Source of the DNA: Tubiluchus corallicola | Lineage: Eukaryota; Animalia; Priapulida | Reading direction: 5' to 3' | NCBI GenBank assembly: GCA_030141605.1 | Contig: JAQGDQ010000582.1 | Location: 71,961-135,960 of the forward strand | DNA: 64,000 bases | Shown: positions 62,900-64,000 of the stretch, one piece after another | How positions within the stretch are numbered: the stretch's first letter is position 1 | Layout of the letters: each line of letters begins with the position of its first letter | Made by a program: the position numbers and the translations under genes | Notes under the pieces: generated by a model | What the model was told of the DNA's origin: nothing | The model's database searches: none | The model's input: the letters and a program-made list of their open reading frames with translations, nothing else

Positions 62900-63960
62900 A
62901 TGATTGCATCAATTGACGCATGCTGGGCCTTCTAGGTAGAAAAGAAGCCACTGTGGGAAACGCAATATCAGAGTATGTTACTTTCCGCTTTGGGGTCCCT
63001 CAAGGGCCTGGGTTAGGGCCACTCCTATTTGCCTTATTTATCAATGATTCGCCTGATTTTGCCTCAAATGTTAAAGTCAACATTTTTGCCAGTGATACTA
63101 AATTGTACCACACTCTGACAGTAAATGATTTGATGGCTAACAAAACTCATTTGTAAAGACCCAGATTGAATCATTAAGCCGTGTTTTAACTTTGTGATAA
63201 ACAGCAAACTTTAATTTCGTATTGTGATGCCAGCGTTTCGTTACTCACATATGCCAAGTGTAAATTGTTTTTAAATCGTTGCAATCGATTACATACTATT
63301 TGTTAGTTTAGGAAATGTTCGTCCCTCCTGGGTTGGGCTAAACGTTTAACTGTACGTTTGTGCATTTTAATAGGATTGAAGCCAAACACATAGATTTCTG
63401 TACGTTGGTGACACGGATTTCATCGACACAGTGGGGATATGCAACTTGACATAATACGTTAAAAATTCCTTTTAACGCGAGTACGATATATGTATAAAAA
63501 TGCTGTAAATAATATAATTTTTAAGGCGCTTTTTCTGAAGCCTACTTCAGGTACCCCATTTCTTGTCCTTTAAGTATTTCTATTGATAAATGCTCCATTT
63601 TACACATAGAAAGTATAAATCCGTCTATAGGGTACAAATTATGTGGAGCTTTAATTCCTAGTAAAACTTAGCTGTGTGATTTAGGTATTACTGTATTAAA
63701 TAATCTTAAGTTTAGTGAGCGTTGTCGTGAAATTGCTTTTAAGGCAAATCGTGCAACAAACATGATCTTTCGTTGTTTTCATTTCACATTTTGCTAACAT
63801 CTTTTAAAGGTTATGTTCGTCTTATTGTGGAATATTGCACGACAGTATAGTGGCCCCATCTAATGAGACACATCGACATTATTGAAAATGTGCAAGGTAT
63901 TTCACTAGAAGATGCGCTGGATGTGGTTTTACTGCTGGGTGTTACCCTAACAGACTTTTA
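62900..63960 (+). mobile_element. Degenerate CR1-like LINE RT fragment
   Basis: GVPQG..LGPLLF.LFIND, IFA.DTKLY; later DLG, EYC..VW.P and IDIIENVQ remnants. Confidence 0.75.
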
Positions 63961-64000
63961 ACTTTGAATATGTATAATACTGTAACACATCTCTAAATCT

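Overview
This is AT-rich, intron-rich animal (probably invertebrate) genomic DNA, not prokaryotic. Most of the window is one complete + strand long-type ABCC transporter gene (MRP1/ABCC1-like). I reconstructed it by hand as 30 coding exons from ATG 3861 to TGA 42894 (4593 nt, 1530 aa), including one apparent GC-AG intron. Intron 3 holds a young 2.83-kb Ac-like hAT transposon with a perfect 8-bp TSD and a BED-finger transposase split by one frameshift. Downstream lie a single-exon GT-A-fold glycosyltransferase (-), a decayed alpha-1,2-fucosyltransferase (GT11) fragment hidden behind an in-frame stop (-), and an MGAT3/GT17 gene (+). The rest is MITEs of several families, LINE/LTR/SINE remnants and satellites. 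Two signals stand out. (1) Two abutting near-perfect palindromes at 49685-50097 have exactly the geometry of an opened, doubly hairpin-capped 205-bp DNA with a TAC direct repeat at both ends. (2) Short tandem duplications of the ABCC gene's own splice sites recur along the gene. All coordinates were read by eye and family assignments come from remembered motifs, not database searches.
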